From positions 5,704,001 to 5,768,000 of the forward strand of contig CM068757.1 of NCBI GenBank assembly GCA_035084275.1: a stretch of 64,000 nucleotides of DNA, written 5' to 3'. Position 1 is the stretch's first letter. Each line of letters begins with the position of its first letter. The translations under genes and the position numbers were made by a program. This DNA is from Hydrolagus colliei. Its lineage: Eukaryota. This document shows positions 61,681 through 64,000 of the stretch, in pieces. The notes beneath the pieces were generated by a model, which was given only the letters and a program-made list of their open reading frames with translations, did not search any database and had not been told where the DNA came from.

Positions 61681-63321
61681 ATGCCAATTGTGAAAGATAT
61701 CAAGTTTATAATTGGAATATTTTTCAATTTCTACATTTGCCATACATAAGACACAGATTTTTATTTTTTTTAAATGTATTGAGACAGAATATTGGCTCAG
61801 AGTTTTGATAAACTATTACTGAGTGTCATTGCTTGAGTCCGTAAAGACCAACATGGCTGGGAGCAATCATGTCCCACTGCTCATAACTCGCTTCGCCACA
61901 TATACTCCTGCGTGTAACCCAACAGATAAAGCATCTTTAAGTCTGTGACCGACCACTAATAAACACCACCTGCTGGATAAGCCGCATGTTCTGTCCTCCC
62001 TCATTGAGAAGACAATTAACTAATGATATCAAGACTAAAATAACCTTAAGCCAGATAGAATATGAAACCGTTTGCAGTTAGGATTGGTTTAATCGAGCTT
62101 CACATTTAGTGAATTAGGAAAATGTATTCTGGTTGTTCGATTTGTGAATGGCGGAGACCGAGAAATGATCCAAAGACATTACAGTCATCTAATTGCGGGG
62201 TTTCTTGTGATACGATAGAATGCGAGAGCCAAGCTCTCACTATTTATAACGTTTGCAGTTGCTCCCGCGAGACCGTTGCTCTACAATGTGTTTCTTGGCT
62301 CTTGCTAACCTGCGCCTAACACTTCCCAGAATGAGCTGAGCAGGATGCATCCCTCCACGGAGAGAGTCCATTCCATTTCAAACACAGGGGAGATTTCCAC
62401 GGGTTCATAGTGTACATATGTGGAGTGCTCGGTGTGATTTGGCCACTCTTTCTTTCAGAGGGCTCGTGGCTGAAGCAATTTATTTAACCGAAGCGACAGG
62501 GCCAAAATTCAATTTTCTTGTTTGCAAACGCGTGCTTAGAAGTTACTACCAAATTAAACCGCAATCTCAACCATCTCTCCCAACGCTAAATTAGCCCTAG
62601 TGACCGTACTTGCAAGCACAAAGCTGAACATTTCGGTGCTAAATATGACTAAAATTGTGAACAAGACTGTTGCAGGACAACTCTATTTGGTTTGACATCA
62701 CTTTGGACAGGTAGCACAAAGAATGCAGCTCTGATCTGTTCATTGTTTCCTGCTCTCCCTCCTTTGACCTGTTTCACAAGGTAGAATGTGTTCTTCCCAC
62801 CCGTGCATTCCATCTGTGGCCGTGACTGGGTCCGCAGGGCAGTGGAAAACAGAATCCATTTTGCTCTACTGTAATCTATATTTCAAGCCTTCTGCCGCCT
62901 GCTTTTCTCAGTGGAATCAATTCAAACAGCGAGGGAATTGCCTCATCCACTTGATTCTCCTGATTTCATCTGCCAGAACCCAATTCCAATGAGTCTCACT
63001 GAGAGGCGTGCAGAAAACAAGCCAGGCATATCTGGAATCACTAAGCTCTTCCTGTTGAGATAGGTCACCAAAGATTGCAGATTTCTTACAAGAATATTAC
63101 TTCAAAGGTGACCTGTTCCACTCAATACGGTGACTGCTGTTATCTTTAAAGCGCGAGTGTTTGGATGGCCTAGAAACTGGGGCCTTGATTAGAGGGCTTC
63201 GGTGTGATTCCCAGCTATCAGAGGCAATCAACACTCCAGATGATACGTTCCTCTGGGTTTCAGCCAGGTTTCTAGGTGAAACATAGCATTTTCATGGAGA
63301 TACGATCAGATATAATCTGCC

Positions 63322-63650
63322 GTAATAATCCTAATCCTTTGATATGGCACCATTCACGGAAGGACAGTCATGTAAAACGAGCTTCACAAGATTTCACTAC
63401 AAAGTGACTGTATTTTGCAGGTGAACTTGACAGTTAATCTGTTCACCACAATGTCCCACAAACAGCCTTGAAGTGAATGACCGATTTTATCTGGGCAATT
63501 GTTGGCCAGTAGTCCAGCAGAAACTCCCTTTTCATTTCAAATCAGTACGATGGCATCTTCAACATCCACTGGGACAGGCAGGCGGTACGTGGGTTTCACA
63601 TCTCATCTGAAGAATGGACCCTCCGTGATGCATGGCTTCTCCAATAGACA
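63322..63650 (-). mobile_element. Family B Deu-SINE 3' two-thirds
   Basis: CAATGTCCCACAAACAGCC...GTTGGCCAG...ATGGCATCTTCAACATCCAC...CATCTCATCTGAAG. Confidence 0.75.
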
Positions 63651-63767
63651 CTACCTTGTGTGAAAGACACTGTATAATTGCAACCCGAACCTTAATGTGT
63701 AGGGGGTAAATTCCAGACCAGCAAAGGACGATTCTAATCTAAACAAGCAATAACCCAGCTGACTAGT

Positions 63768-64000
63768 TCTTTAGCTCAGTGGTTAGAGCAGTTCCCTTAC
63801 AAGTATGAGACCTGTGTTCGAATCCAAGCAGATCAGGGCGAAACCTTGGGCAGGTTTTCTTACCCCACCACCTAATAATAATCCCTCAAAAAAAACAATA
63901 ATAAAAAAATTGGTTATTTCAATCCATGACTGTTTGTGGGAAACTGCTGTGCGCAATTGGCTGTCGCATTTCACCCACAAATGTAGTCAATTCACTTTAC
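63768..64000 (+). mobile_element. SINE family A short form, runs off the window end
   Basis: TAGCTCAGTGGTTAGAGCAG...CTTACAAG...GTTCGAATCC...CCTTGGGCAGG...CCTAATAATAATCCCTC. Confidence 0.9.

Noticed and set aside
1-64000. CRISPR arrays, operons or prokaryotic defence systems
   Set aside because: No regularly spaced repeats and no gene-dense coding sequence. The recurring motifs are dispersed vertebrate SINE and LINE pieces.

Overview
This window is AT-rich, repeat-dense, non-coding eukaryotic DNA. The repeat complement points to a cartilaginous fish, probably a holocephalan (chimaera or elephant shark); this is inferred by eye and not confirmed by any search. I cannot support any intact protein-coding gene, rRNA, true tRNA, CRISPR array or prokaryotic system. 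The supplied ORFs are chance ORFs or pieces of decayed retroelements, so the window looks like a large intron or a gene desert. It contains: (1) about 18 copies of a tRNA-derived SINE ('family A') in long and short forms; (2) an older Deu-domain tRNA-SINE ('family B', AmnSINE1/SacSINE1-like); (3) L2 and CR1 LINE fragments and many orphan L2-type 3' tails; (4) two AmnSINE2-like relics; (5) a probable Penelope-like terminal remnant; (6) microsatellites; and (7) several repeat-free blocks that keep their CpGs, are rich in transcription-factor motifs and look like conserved non-coding elements. The most notable observations are an iterated fold-back palindrome at 6073-6125, a 32-bp purine/pyrimidine quasi-palindrome at 13979-14010, anticodon drift and a modular indel separating the SINE-A forms, and nested or tail-targeted retroposon insertions. 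I found no convincing new biological system. Repeat boundaries are approximate.
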